NCBI RefSeq assembly: GCF_963921235.1
Contig: NC_086097.1
Coordinates: forward strand, 10,292,001-10,356,000
From: Mobula hypostoma
Lineage: Eukaryota
Direction: 5' to 3'
DNA length: 64,000 nucleotides
Shown here: one piece after another, positions 1-12,352 of the stretch
Position numbering within the stretch: position 1 is the stretch's first letter
Layout: each line of letters opens with the position of its first letter
Notes under the pieces: model-generated
What the model was told of the DNA's origin: nothing
The model's database searches: none
What the model saw: the letters and a program-made list of their open reading frames with translations, nothing else
Translations under genes and position numbers: made by a program

Positions 1-364
1 GTAATAAGCACATAAGAAATAGCTAGAAAGTGACAGGTGAACCGAGGTGGGCGAGGAGGAGGGATGAAGTGAGAAGCTGGGAGGTGATAGGTGTGTAATG
101 TGAAGGGTTAGCTTACTTTTTGATTGAAAGCTGTACCAGTTGCCGATTGGCCCATCTGAAGGATTCAAATGCCTCAGGAGTTCGCGTTGGTCTCCAGGCA
201 CTCATCTTCACACTGAGGTTGCGACCATAAGTATCTGTTTGGTAAATGCTTAGTTTTGCAGTTGTGTAACTTGAAGAGACTTAATGAGCTACCAAGCCGA
301 CCAGGCAGCATCTACGGAAAACAGTGAACAGTCGACACTTTGGATTGAGACCCTTCTTTCTTTT

Positions 365-2188
365 TCAGAGACATAAAGTGTAAAAGAGAGGCAAGAGTGG
401 ATATCGAACCACTGGAAAACAATGCAAAAGAGGTAGTAATGCAGGAGAACAAAATAGCTAATGGACTGAATAAGTATCTTGTATCAGTCGTCACTGTGGA
501 AGACATTAGCAGTATGGTGGAAGTTCCAGGTGTTGAGGGTATGAAGTGTGTGAAGTTACCATAACTAGAGAGAAGGAAACTGTAAGGTCTGAAAGTAGAT
601 AAGTCACCTGGACCAGATGGTGTATATCCCAGAGTTCAGAAAGAGGTGGCTGAAAAAATTGGGGAGGCATTAGTAATGATTGTTCAAGAATCACTAGATT
701 CTGGAATGGTTTCAGAAGAGTAGAAAATTGCAGATACAGTATCACTTCACTCTTCAAGAAGGAAGAGAGGCAGAAGAAAAGAAACTAAAGGCCAGTTAAT
801 CTGACCTCAGTGGCTGGGAAGATGTTGGTGTCAGTTACTAAGGATGAGGTCTCTGAGTACTCAGAGGCACCTGATACAATAGGCCGTAGTCAGCATGGTT
901 TCCTCAATGGAAAATCTTGTCTGACAAAGCTGTTGGAATTCTTTGAAGAAACAACATGCAGGCTGGACAAGGGAGAATTAGTTGATGTTGGGTACTTGGA
1001 TCTTCAGAAGGTCTTCGACAAGGTGCCGCATATGAGACTGCTTAACAAGCTACGTGCCCATGGTATTACAGAAAAAGTTTCTAGCCTGGATAAGGCAGTG
1101 GCTGAATAGCAGGAGACAAAGAGTGGAAATAAAGGGAGCCTTTTCTGACAGGCTGTCAGTGACTAGCGGTGCTCCACAGGGGTCTGTGTTGGGACCGCTT
1201 CAATTACGTTATGTGTCAATGATTTGGATGATGGCGTTGATGGCTTTGTTGCAAAGTTTGGAGGGGAGGTAATGGTGGAGGTGCAGATAATCTTAAGAAA
1301 ACATAGAGGCTACAGAAGGACTTAGACAGATTAGGAAAATGGACAAAGAAATCGGAGATGGAATATAGTGTCAGGAAGTGTATAGCCATGCACTTTGGTA
1401 GAGGAAATGAAAGGGTTGACTATTTTCTAAATGGAGAGAAAATAGAAAAAAACTGAGATGCAAAGAGACTTTGCCGTCCTTGTGCAGGCTTCCCTAACGG
1501 TTAATTTGCAGGTTGAGTCTGTGGGGAGGAAAGCAAATGCAATATTAACATTGATTTCAAGAGGACCAGAATATAAAAGCAAGGATGCAATGTTGAAGCC
1601 TTTTAAAACACTGGTGAGGCCTCTCTTTGACTATTATAAGCAGGTTTGGGCCATTCTCTTATAAAGGATGTACTAAAAATGGACCGGGTTCAAAGGAGAT
1701 TCACAAAAATGATTTCAGGATTGCATGGTTTGTTGTATGAAGAGCATCTGATGGTTCTGGGCCTGTATTCACTGGAATTCCAAAGAATGAGGTGTGACCT
1801 TATTGACAAATATCAAACGGTGCAAGGCCTTGATAGAGTGGATGTAGAGAGGATGTGTCCTACGATGGGAGAGTCTAAGACCTGAGAATACAGCCTCACA
1901 ATATAGGGGTGTCCTTTTAGAATGAAGATGAGGAGGAATTTCTTTAGCCAGTGAGTGGTGAATCTGTGGAATTCTTTATCACAGGCAGCTGTGGAGGCCA
2001 AGTCTTTATGTATATTTAAGGCAGAGGTTGTTAGATTCTTGATTGGTCTGGGCATGAAGGGATATAGGAAGAAGGCAGGAGATTGGGACTGAGAGGAAAA
2101 TTGGATCAGCCATGATGAAATGGCAGAGCACTCAATGGGCTAAATGGCCTAATTCTGCTCCTACACCTTATGGTCTTATGGTCTTATT
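365..2188 (+). mobile_element. CR1-type LINE, 5'-truncated and decayed RT region
   Basis: Fragmented ORFs with SQHGFLNGKSCLT, YLDLQKVFDKVPH, SGAPQGSVLGP and RVQRRFTKMI; ends in (TATGGTCT)n tail near 2170-2188. Confidence 0.9.
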
Positions 2189-4662
2189 CATAATCAGTGT
2201 CTTCTATTTTACTTACCTGACCTGTGAACTTGCTTCCTTGTAACAAAATGGAAAAGGTAAAGGGCTGAAGAAGAAAGTAACTGATAGTTCAATAGTTCCA
2301 TTTAATATCAGAGAATGTGTACAATATACAACATGAAATTCTTGCTCTTCGTAGGGTGCCCCAAAGAATGAATGACAGTAAAAATGTTAGATCCCACAGC
2401 CCCCCACTCCCACCCTGTCATGCACAAGCAGCAGCGAACATTACCTCTCCGCCTCCCCCACTTACTACTGCAAAAAGCATCGGCACCCACCTTACAATAG
2501 CAAAGCCCCAAGAGAGGCCATGATCTGCGGTAACACAAAAACTAATTGTTCATCCAACAATTTGACCTGCTGCAGGGTCTTTCTCCACCTAATAAAGTGG
2601 CACAGAGGTGTCACACAGCGAGAGGGGAGACTAACAAAACAAAAAAAAACAATTCGCTGATTGATGTTCAAGTCAGGCATGTCATTATTTTTCTAAGCTC
2701 TCTGACTCGAGAACTGGCAACAAAGTCTCCCCCACCATCAAGAGAAAGAGAGAGAGTGATTCATCGAATACAGAGACCTCCAAAAGCTGATCTGCTGTTC
2801 ACGATATTCCATTTCCTCTCTTAATGCTTCAATTGGTGACACCAGCATAGAATCAGTTCATCTACAGCACCACAATGCCTCAGCACCCCGACAGCTCGTC
2901 TTCTAGACTACGCCCTTGGGATATCGAGAAACAGCTGGTCAGTTCGCCCCAGGTGTGGGAACCATCACCATAAAGAACCATAGTTTGTGCAGTTGCATGT
3001 CAAGGGCACTGACAGAACACCTTGAAAAGGAAAGAAGGAGACAGTAAAGATAAAGATTAAGTTGTCCCTGCAGATGAGCTCAAAGAAGCTGCAGGCCAGT
3101 GCCATTGTAGTTCTGCCTAATGAGAGGAGAGTGGACCATGGGAGAACTCTGGATTTCTAGCATCTGCAGAATCTCTGTAAAGTTGTGTTTCACAGTGTAA
3201 TACTCCAATATATGCAAATAGTGCTTTGTAGTATCTAACTTACCATTTTCTTGCCTTTAAAATCGTCTATATCTGTACAGCATTATGGAGCTTTTGGAGA
3301 TTGGAGGTGTAAATGTCTTTGGCATAAGCTTGTCACATAAAGTAGATTATTACTATTATTTCTCATTCCTAATAAGATGCTCATGTCTAGGTGTTTAGAA
3401 TATCCCTTTTGAAATTACACCAAGATTAACAATCTTTGATGTCAGCCATTTCATGATGAAAGAAAATATATTGGAGAAAAGTGTAAGTTAAAACTTTTTA
3501 CAGTTCTCTTATCATGAGTGAAGATGTTTCTGCTTGTTCAGTATATTCTATAATAAAGCAGAATTTCACAAGCTTTTAATGAAAAAGAAAATATTATCAG
3601 ACAAAACACTTTAAAATCTAAATACTGCAGTATACAATGTCCAGTCTGATACAAAACCACAAATAAAAACATTTTCAATCCGATAACAAGCTCATAATGT
3701 TGGTTATTATACAGACAGTGCAGATAATCATTGAACGTAAAACATTGAACATAAAACAGTACAACAGAGGAATATTGGGAGAAGTTAAGAGGACACCAGA
3801 GGGGGATTTCTCCCAGTTCATCTGCAAAACAGCTTAAATTCTTTTCTTTAATGTCACCTATTTCCTTTTCACGGTGGTTAGAGTCCTTTCAGAGTCCATA
3901 ATCTACAGATGCAATCAGACTGCGGTTCTTCATGGCAGTGAGCTCCCGCTCTCTCAGCTTGCCGAGTGGTCATTTTTGATACCCTCAGGAGGGGGCTCGG
4001 GGATGTGTGCCTTCGAAGTGTGGCCTTGTGTGGCCCTGTGGATGGCTGATTCCTTGCTGGTGTTACCAGATGAAGGTTTGTAGGAGATCAGAACATCGAG
4101 ACAGCGTGTGCTGCTGTCCGAGGCGATTGCACTCGAGCGACAGCTCTCTCTCTCAGTAGTGAGGGAGAATTTGCTGCCGATTCTCGAGTCAGAGAATGCA
4201 GAATAAAGCTGATGCTGCAGACTGCAACATGGAAACTGAGCTGTTGGTTTTATTCTTGCGGTTACTGAGAGAGAGAGCCTGTGGCATGTCGAACTGCTGG
4301 ATCAACAGTGGTTTGGTGAACTCTCAATCATGGTCCCTCTGACAGCTTTGCTATTGCTTGAACACTGGGTGGCAGGTTTCTGAAGCTTTTGCTGAGGTTG
4401 GTGGGAGCAGGGCTTGTGTGTAGGAGGGTGGAGATTGGGGCTTTGGAGTTCTAACCTTTTTCTGTCATTCATTCTTTGGGTTTTTCTTCTGTTTCATGGA
4501 TGTCTGCAGACAGTAAGAATTTCAGGTTGTACATTGTATAGATCCTCTGATATTAAATGGAACTATTGAACCATTGAACAGGCCATTCAGCCCACAATGT
4601 TGCATTAAACCAATTAAATTAATAATCAAATGACTAACTAAACTAATTTCTTCTGCCAACAC

Positions 4663-6710
4663 ATTGTGTGGATTTCTGCATAGGTACGTTCCAATGAGAC
4701 AGGAAAGTTATGGTAGGGTACAGGAACCATGGTGTACAAAGGCTGTAATAAATCTAGTCAAGAAGAAAAGAAAAGCTTACAAAAAGTTCAGAGAGCTAGG
4801 TAATGTTAGAGATCTAGAAGATTATAAGGCTAACAGGAAGGAGCTTAAGAAGGAAATTAGGAGAGCCAGGAGGGGCCATGAGAAGGCCTTGGCAGGCAGG
4901 ATTAAGGAAAACCCCAAGGCATTCTGCAAGTATGTGAAGAGCAAGAGGATAAGATGTGAAAGAATAGGACCTATCAAATGTGACAGTGGGAAAGCGTGTA
5001 TGGAACCGGAGGAAATGAGATACTTAATAAATACTTTACTTCAGCATTCACTATGGAAAAGGATCTTGGTGACTGTAGTGCTGATTTGCAGCGGACTGAA
5101 AAGCTTGAGCATGTAGACATTAAGAAAGAGGATGTGCTGGAGCTTTTGGAAAGCATAAAGTTGAATAAGTCGCCGGGACCGGATGAGATGTACCCCAAGC
5201 TACTGTGGGAGACGAGGGAGAAGATTGCTGAGCCTCTGGTGATGAACTTTGAATCATCAATGGGGACAGGAGAGGTTCCAGAGGATTGGAGGGTTGCGCA
5301 TGTTGTTCCTTTATTCAAGAAAGGGAGTAGAGGTAGCCCAGGAAATTATAGACCAGTGAGTCTTACCTCAGTGGTTGGTAAGTTGATGGAGAAGATCCTG
5401 AGAGCCCGGACTTATGAACATTTGGAGAGGTATAATATGATTAGGAATAGTCAGCATGGCTTTGTCAAGGTCAGGTCGTGCCTTACGAGCCTGATTGCAT
5501 TTTTTGAGAATGTGACTAAACACATTAATGAAGGAAGAGCAGTTGATGCAGTGTATATGGATTTCAGCAAGGCATTTGATAAGGTACCCCATACAAGGCT
5601 TATGAGAAAGTAAGGAGGCATGGGATCCAAGGGGACATTGCTTTGTGAATCCAGAAATGGCTTGCCCACAGAAGGCAAAGAGTGGTTGTAGACGGGGCAT
5701 ATTCTGCATGGAGATTGGTGACCAGTGGTATGCCTCAGGGATCTGTTCTGGGACTCTTACTCTTCGTGATTTTTATAAATGACCTGGATGAGGAAGTGGA
5801 GGGATGGGTTAGTAAGTTTGCTGATGACACCAAGGTTGGAGGTAGTGTGGAGGACTGTCAGAGGTTACAGCAGGACATTGATAGGATGCAAAACCGGGCT
5901 GAGAAGTGGCAGATGGAGTTCAACCCAGTTAAGTGCGAAGTGGTTCATTTTGGCAGGTCAAATATGATGGCAGAATATAGTATTAATCGTAAGTCTCTTG
6001 GCAGTGTGGAGGATCAGAGGGAGCTTGGGGTCCGAGTCCATAGGACACTCAAAGCAGCTGCGCAGGTTGACTCTGTGGTTAAGAAGGCATACAGTGTATT
6101 GACCTTTATTAATCATGGTATTGAATTTTGGAGCTGAGAGAATTTTGCAGCTATATAGGACCCTGGTCCCTGCACCTTGAGTACTATGCTCAGTTCTGGT
6201 CTCCTCTCTACAGAAAGAATGTGGAAGTCATAGAAAGGGTGCAGAGGAGATTTACAAGGATGTTTCCCGGATTGGGAAGCATGCTTTATGAAAACAAGTT
6301 GAGTGAACTCGACCTTTTCTCCTTGGAGTGGAGATGGATGAGAGGTGACCTGATAGAGGTGTATAAGATGATGAGAGGCATTGATCGTGTGGATAGTCAG
6401 AGGCTTTTTCCCAGGGCTGAAATGGTTGCCACAAGAGGACACACGTTTAAGGTGCTAGGGTGTAGGTGCAGAGGAGATGTCAGGGGCACGTTTTTTACTC
6501 AGAAAGCGGTGAGTTCGTGGAATGGGCTGCTGGCAACAGTGGTGGGGGCGGATACGATAGTGTCTTTTAAGAGACTTTTCGATAGGTACATGGAGCTTAG
6601 AAAAATAGAGGTCTATGGGTAATTACTAGTAATTGCTAAGGTAGGGACATGTTCGGCACAACTTTGTGAGCCAAAGAGCCTGTATTGTGCTGTAGGTTTT
6701 CTATGTTTCT
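4663..6710 (+). mobile_element. CR1/HER1-like LINE, 5'-truncated
   Basis: ORFs 4664-5116, 4996-5613, 5682-6137, 6128-6622 (KSPGPDEMYP, NYRPVSLTS, MDFSKAFDKVPH, PQGSVLG, FADD); TTCTATGTTTCT tail; AACAC at 4658-4662 and 6711-6715 as TSD. Confidence 0.95.
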
Positions 6711-6715
6711 AACAC

Positions 6716-6795
6716 CAGGGCTTTCTAATTTGGGGTCCATGGACCCCTTGCTTAATAATATTGGTCTATGGCATAAAACAGGTTGGGAACCTCTG
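6716..6795. mobile_element. ~80-bp hAT-type MITE
   Basis: CAGGG...GGAACCTCTG termini; 8-bp TSD GCCAACAC (4655-4662) / GCCTACAC (6796-6803); the CR1 landed at the left TSD copy. Confidence 0.7.
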
Positions 6796-7394
6796 GCCTA
6801 CACAATGTCCAAAGATCTTTTTCATTCTCTTATGTGATTGAAATCTACTTAAAAGATCAAAAGCTAGACTGAAAGCACTTCGGGTAGTCTTGATTTTGAG
6901 CTGCCTTATTCAATGAATTCTTGTAAATCAAGGATTAATGTTCCACACTGAACTGTTATTAAGTTCTTGCAGTCAATAGAAATCAATATCCAAAAAGTTA
7001 ATTAAAAAATAGAGTGTAAACATCTCTAGCAAGTATGCATTTAAGTCAAAATTGAACCACATTACTCAGGTCAGTTGACAACACTGGAAAAGACCTCACG
7101 CTTTAAAAAGTGCACAAACCATAAGACATAGGAACAGAATTTACATTTATTATCAAAGTATGGATGCAGTATACAACCCTGAGATTTGTCTCCCACTGAC
7201 AGCCATGAAACAAAGAAAGCAATGGAACCCATTTAAAGAAAAATATCAACAAAATAAACAAATCATACAAACGATAAAAATACAAGCAAAATTCACAGAA
7301 TATAAGACCAAAGTGGAAAGAAGAAAAAAAAATTGCCTTTTAAACTCATGAGAGAGCATAGGCCATCAACTTTTTACTGTCGATGTTTCTGTAG

Positions 7395-7528
7395 CAGGCA
7401 ATTTCTTTTTTACAAGGTCGAGCTCAACGCTCAACCCAGCATGGATGGAAAGCATGCCAGGGGAGCTGGCTGGGTTTGAGCTCGGCAGCCTTCACTCCGA
7501 AGTCCGGCGCTGATGCCACTACGCCACC
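7395..7528 (-). mobile_element. tRNA-derived SINE, decayed relative of 16835-17114
   Basis: Minus strand reads GGTGGCGTAGTGGCATCAGCGCCGGACT...GCTTTCCATCCATGCTGGGTTGAG, matching head and body of the 16835 SINE. Confidence 0.6.
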
Positions 7529-7585
7529 TTTGAATCTTTGGTCTTATGTTCTTAAGTGTTAAAGCTACAAATACAAAAGGTAAGA

Positions 7586-7617
<32 letters not shown>

Positions 7618-7839
7618 GATAAATATTGAGAGCATGAGATGAAGCACCCTTGAAAGTGTGTCCATTAGTTGTGGGAACATTTCAATGACTGGGCAAGTGA
7701 AGTTGAGTGAAGTTATCCCCACTTGTTCAAGAGCCTGATGTGATGGAAGAAAGTGAAGCTTCCCAAAGAAATGAAGTTATTAAGATAAAATTCACTATTC
7801 ATCAAAATAATGGTTACTTTGGCATAATGATAAAATGTG

Positions 7840-9260
7840 TAAGGCCTTCAGTTCTTATGTGGAGCAGATGGAGATGTTTTTCAAGGCAATTAATATCATA
7901 GATTTAGAGGATGATGGAGAACATATGACAGCTCCTAATAAAGCTGTGCAATTGTGCAAGAAAGCAATCTTACTGGCCCAGACAGGCTCGGTTATATAAG
8001 ACACTTCGGCAGGTCTCCTGGTGCCAAGCAAGACAAAAAGTATTTCAATTGATGAGCAGATAGAGGATTGCACAATCATTTGAATCTTAGAAAGCCATAA
8101 TCTTGGAACCAGAAACAGAAGTCAGGAGAGACCATCAGTGACAAGACAGCTTCTTTGAAAAATGTGTCCTTACACTAGAGCGTTGAGCTTTTCCTTAATC
8201 AAAAGGTGTAGGCTAAGCTTGTCTAAACAAATGAGTAAACAATAAAACTAAGTTATTATGTGCACAAGACTTGATGTTTGCACTGGGTTGTAAAACCTGA
8301 AGGAATTAACTGAACTGAGCTGAGTTGAGTAGACATGGACTCTTTCCACTTTAGCTGGCTGAACCTTTGATCATTTTTCTTTCATTGCATCAGCAGCAAT
8401 TTTCCTACCGATCTCATGTTTCATTCCAACTTTACTCTAGTGATTTCATCTTAACATTGAGCTGCTGATCATAGAGTCATAGAAAAGCACAGAACAGAAA
8501 CAGGCCCTTTAGTCCATCTAGCTGTGCTGAGTCATTTAAACTGCCTACTCCCATCCTCCTCTAGCAGGACCAGTTCACTCAACTTGTTTTCATAAAGCAT
8601 GCTTCCCAATCCGGGCAACATCCTTGTAAATCTCCTCTGCACCCTTTCTATGACTTCCACATTCTTTCTGTAGAGAGGCGACCAGAACTGAGCATAGTAC
8701 TCAAGGTGCAGGGACCAGGGTCCTATATAGCTGCAAAATTCTCTCAGCTCCAAAATTCAATACCATGATTAATAAAGATATGGATTAGTGTGCAAGCCTG
8801 AATGATATTAGCCAAATTAGTTATAAGAGTGGCACTTATTTCAGAAAATTATACAAGAGAGGTTTATACAACATTAAATCTGATGAACAACATGAAAAGC
8901 AAAGCATGAATGTCACTCATGATAATAACAGTAAATGTAGCAATTTTAAAATTAAAGTGAAAGTTAATGATCAGTGTATGAATATATACTGAAGTAAAGC
9001 TTGAACATTGGTAGAGATGTGTTCCTCTGAAAGTTCAGTGCATTTGCCACATGCAAAAATACACAACATCGAAAAACCATTGAGTAGAAATGATATGGGA
9101 TTTTTCACAATGATTCAATCAAAGAATGAAGCTCTCAATCATGGTAGTTGTCTACACAAACAGATCAGTTCTATTATGAAAATTAAAAGTTGATTGGAAG
9201 AATGTGTCCAGGCTGAGCTGTTTACAACCAGGTCTAGATGACTCATATAGCAATATATTA
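7840..9260 (+). mobile_element. Highly decayed Gypsy-like gag/protease remnant, interrupted by CR1 pieces
   Basis: Translates to SYVEQMEMFFKAINI, AILLAQTG and NQKSGETISD (Gypsy gag-like), then FKIKVKVNDQ in the protease region. Confidence 0.55.
8572..8777 (-). repeat. 206-bp inverted copy of 6104-6309 (internal CR1 segment)
   Basis: Reverse complement matches 6104-6309 with about 2 mismatches by eye; near-identical ORF-track peptide MELREFCSYIGPWSLHLEYY. Confidence 0.9.
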
Positions 9261-9602
9261 ATATGCTTAACAAGTTGTTAGTGACATTTAGGAGCACAAA
9301 GTCAAGACATAAATTAAGGCAAACCCCAAGTGAATTTAGCACAGACTCTGACTTGCACCACATGCTCCAAGGATTAAGTGGAGGAGAAGTTCAAAAAATT
9401 GACACAACACAGTATGTTGGTGAGAAGGGCACAGATAAATTGAATTACAAGCAGATAAGATTGTCTGGCTTTGCAGGAATTGTAATGACAAAGCTTACTG
9501 AGTCAAAATCAGTGAATATTTGTCTTTGAACTAACCAATAAACTTACCAATGGATTCTAGGGCAAGAGAACACAGCCTCAGAATTCACGGATGTCCCTTC
9601 AG

Positions 9603-10732
9603 TGTCATGGTCAGGTCTGTTAAGTCCACATTCTGGTTCACGGTCCGGTCCATCGATCCATATTCCAGGTTTTCTGGTTTTCCTTTGTTCTGTTGGGTGC
9701 TCTAATTAAGGCACATGACTCTTATTTGGGCAGACACATAAATACTTCTGGAGACCAGGGCTTGGCTGCTGGATTGTTCCTATCGAAACTCAATGTCTGA
9801 AACCCTTCCCTGCCCTTTCCTCCTGAAACCTTGCCCTGCAGCCAGTGTCTGTAGCCTTGCCTCACCTGCATCCCTTGCCTTGCTTGCACCACTGTCAAGT
9901 TCAACCATTGGAGCAAGACTGGAACCTTGCTGTGTCACGATAAGAAACTGTCTTTTTTGGTTTGGAACTGTCCCTTTGTGCCCTTTCCTTCGCTAGGTAG
10001 GTCTGGCCTTTTGTCGCTACCTTGTGTTGGGAACTGTGTCCATGCCTTTGCTAGATAGGTCTGGCCGTTTGCTGCTACCTTGTGTTGGGGATTGTCTTGT
10101 TGTGTTCAGTGTTCTGTGTATGAGTCCTGGCCCTATGTCCTATTCCCAAGGAGGGGTCCTGGCTCTGTGTTCCATGTCCCTGTTTTCCTGTCTCTCAAGT
10201 TCAAGGCTCTGTGTTTCTGTGCTCTAGACCAAGGCTCTGTGTCCTTGTCCTCCCCAAGATCAAGGCTCTGTGTTCTGCTTTCCTGTCGTCCTGTCCAAGT
10301 CCAAGGCTTCGTGTCCTCGTCCTGTCCAAGTCCAAGGCTTCGTGTCCTCGTCCTGTCCAAGTCCAAGGCTTCGTGTCCTCGTCCTGTCCAAGTCCAAGGC
10401 TTCATCTTGCCCAGGAGTCTCTCGCTCTGACCTGTAGCCTCGTCTAGTCCTGTCTCCCAAGACCACGTCATGTCTTCACCTAGTTCCGGAGTCCGAGACG
10501 AGTCAAGACCCAGGTTCTGGGTCCTTATCCAGTCTCTAGCTCGGAGTCCAAGCCTAGGCTCCCAGTTCCCAGTTCCCAGTTCCTTGTCCTGGTCCCACTT
10601 GCCTAGCCAATGTCCTAGACCTAGTCTGCATCCAGTCATTTCCCAAACTCTAGTCTCTAGTCCTGTCCTGTTCCTAGTACTTCAGTGTCTGTGACTTGCA
10701 TTTGGGTCCACTCCCAGCACCCTTCTATGACA
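9603..10732 (+). mobile_element. Solo LTR inserted into a CR1 3' region
   Basis: TGTCAT...ATGACA termini; 5-bp TSD TTCAG (9598-9602, 10733-10737); homologous to 50458-51541. Confidence 0.85.
10286..10403. repeat. 31-bp tandem repeat, about 3.8 copies, inside the solo LTR
   Basis: Unit TCGTCCTGTCCAAGTCCAAGGCTTCGTGTCC repeated perfectly. Confidence 0.95.
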
Positions 10733-11864
10733 TTCAGAACAGAGATGAGGAGTAATTTCTTTAGCCCGAGGGTGGTGAATCTGGAGAATTCATTGCCACA
10801 GACAGCTGTGGAGGTCAAGTCATTGAGTATATTTGAAATGAAGGTTGATAGGTCCTTGAGTAGTTGGGGCATCAAAGGTTATGGGGAGAAGGCAGGAGAA
10901 TGGGATAGAGGATGATAACAAATGGCCTAATCCTGCTCCTACGCCTTGTGGTCAAATGATCTTATTGAACTACTGCTGCAGAACTTATTTGCGATATGGG
11001 GAGGTAAGTGTGCCTTGAAGTTATACCCACTCATAGAGAAGACTTTGGGAGCAATCCTTGAGGAAAAGTCCAGAGCCGGATTCCATAAGTTAGTCCTACA
11101 TTGAGTTCAACACTGACTGGTAACTCCTGTGACACCACTGATGCCAACCTGTGTTGGTCTCTGCCATTCCTTTGGATTCATCAGCTGTGTGGAGTGGGGG
11201 AAGGGCTTGTGCACGGGCAACAGCTTGCTCTCCATATTGTACTGCCCTGGCATGCATAGGTGAGAGCTTTGCAACAGAGACTGCACTCATGCATAGGTCT
11301 TGTCAGTCACAAATGGAGCTGCACCAACAACAGAGAAAGCTAGGACACAACATCCGAGGTCAACCTCAACCAACAGAAGGCCATCAATACAGGATCATTA
11401 CCAAAGTTAATCTGTCACATCAATTGAGAATTAAAATGGATAAAGAAAGCTAATACCATCAGTCAATCAATACTCGTCAGGAACGTCATTCATTATCAAC
11501 GAGCCTTCTGGTGAGAAGTCATTGTCAAAGTACAGTGGATTCCAGTTAACTGGAACACATCAGGACCAGTACATTTTGTCGCAGTTAAAGGGCTGCCCCT
11601 TTGTGTGGAACTTATTGGAAATACAGTGAGATCCACGTCCTGAATTATAACACATTTGAATTAATAGTCTGTACAGTCGGTGTGGATATGAAGCCTCATC
11701 TGGATGAGAAAGGATAAGTGATTTTGCTTTAATCTGAAAGCTTTCTGATTGCATTTACCATTTACTTGTACAAGCTCTTTGATATGGATTTATCTTTATA
11801 TGTACTATACCTTTACTCAACTTTTCAAATTGTTTGGGTGGGAATTTTAATCCAGACATCCAGA

Positions 11865-12352
11865 ATATAGAACATAGAATATAGAACAGAGAACATAGAA
11901 CAGTACAGCAGGGTACAGACCCTTTGGCACACAATGTTGTTTCGACCCTGATTCCATGATCAATCTAACTCAGGGGTTCCCACCCTGTGGAACACAGATC
12001 CCTCAGTTAATGGCAGGGGTTCATGGCATTAAAAAGATTAGGAACCCCTAATCTAATACTTCCTTCCCACATCATTATCCATTTTCCTTTTTTCCACGTG
12101 CCTATCTAAGACTCCTTAATGTCTCTAAGATATTTGACTTTACCAGAACCTGTGGTAGAATGTTCCATGCACCTACCGGTCTCTGTCAAAGAAAACAGCC
12201 TCTGACACCTCCCCCCCATACATTCCTCCCAGCACTTCACAATCGTGTCTCTTTGTACTGTATTAGCCGTTGATGCCTTGGGGGAAAAATGTATCTGGCT
12301 GTCCTCTCAAACTATGCCTCTTACTATCTTCTACACCTGTATCAAGTCACCT
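11865..12352 (-). mobile_element. CR1 3' fragment
   Basis: (AGAACAT)n tail in reverse; RGDLIQVY-type end of ORF2 on minus strand. Confidence 0.7.
11971..12050. mobile_element. ~80-bp hAT-type MITE
   Basis: CAGGGGTTCC...GGAACCCCTA termini; flanks ATCTAACT / ATCTAATA. Confidence 0.7.

Noticed and set aside
117..234. Open minus-strand exon-like segment (TYGRNLSVKMSAWRPTRTPEAF...)
   Set aside because: Appears to lie within a TGTAA...TGTAACA (about 95-2245) LTR-like insertion that splits a Penelope tail; peptide not recognised
10133..10639. Repetitive ORFs or a CRISPR-like array
   Set aside because: Head-to-tail 31-bp tandem repeat without spacers, inside a solo LTR in eukaryotic DNA
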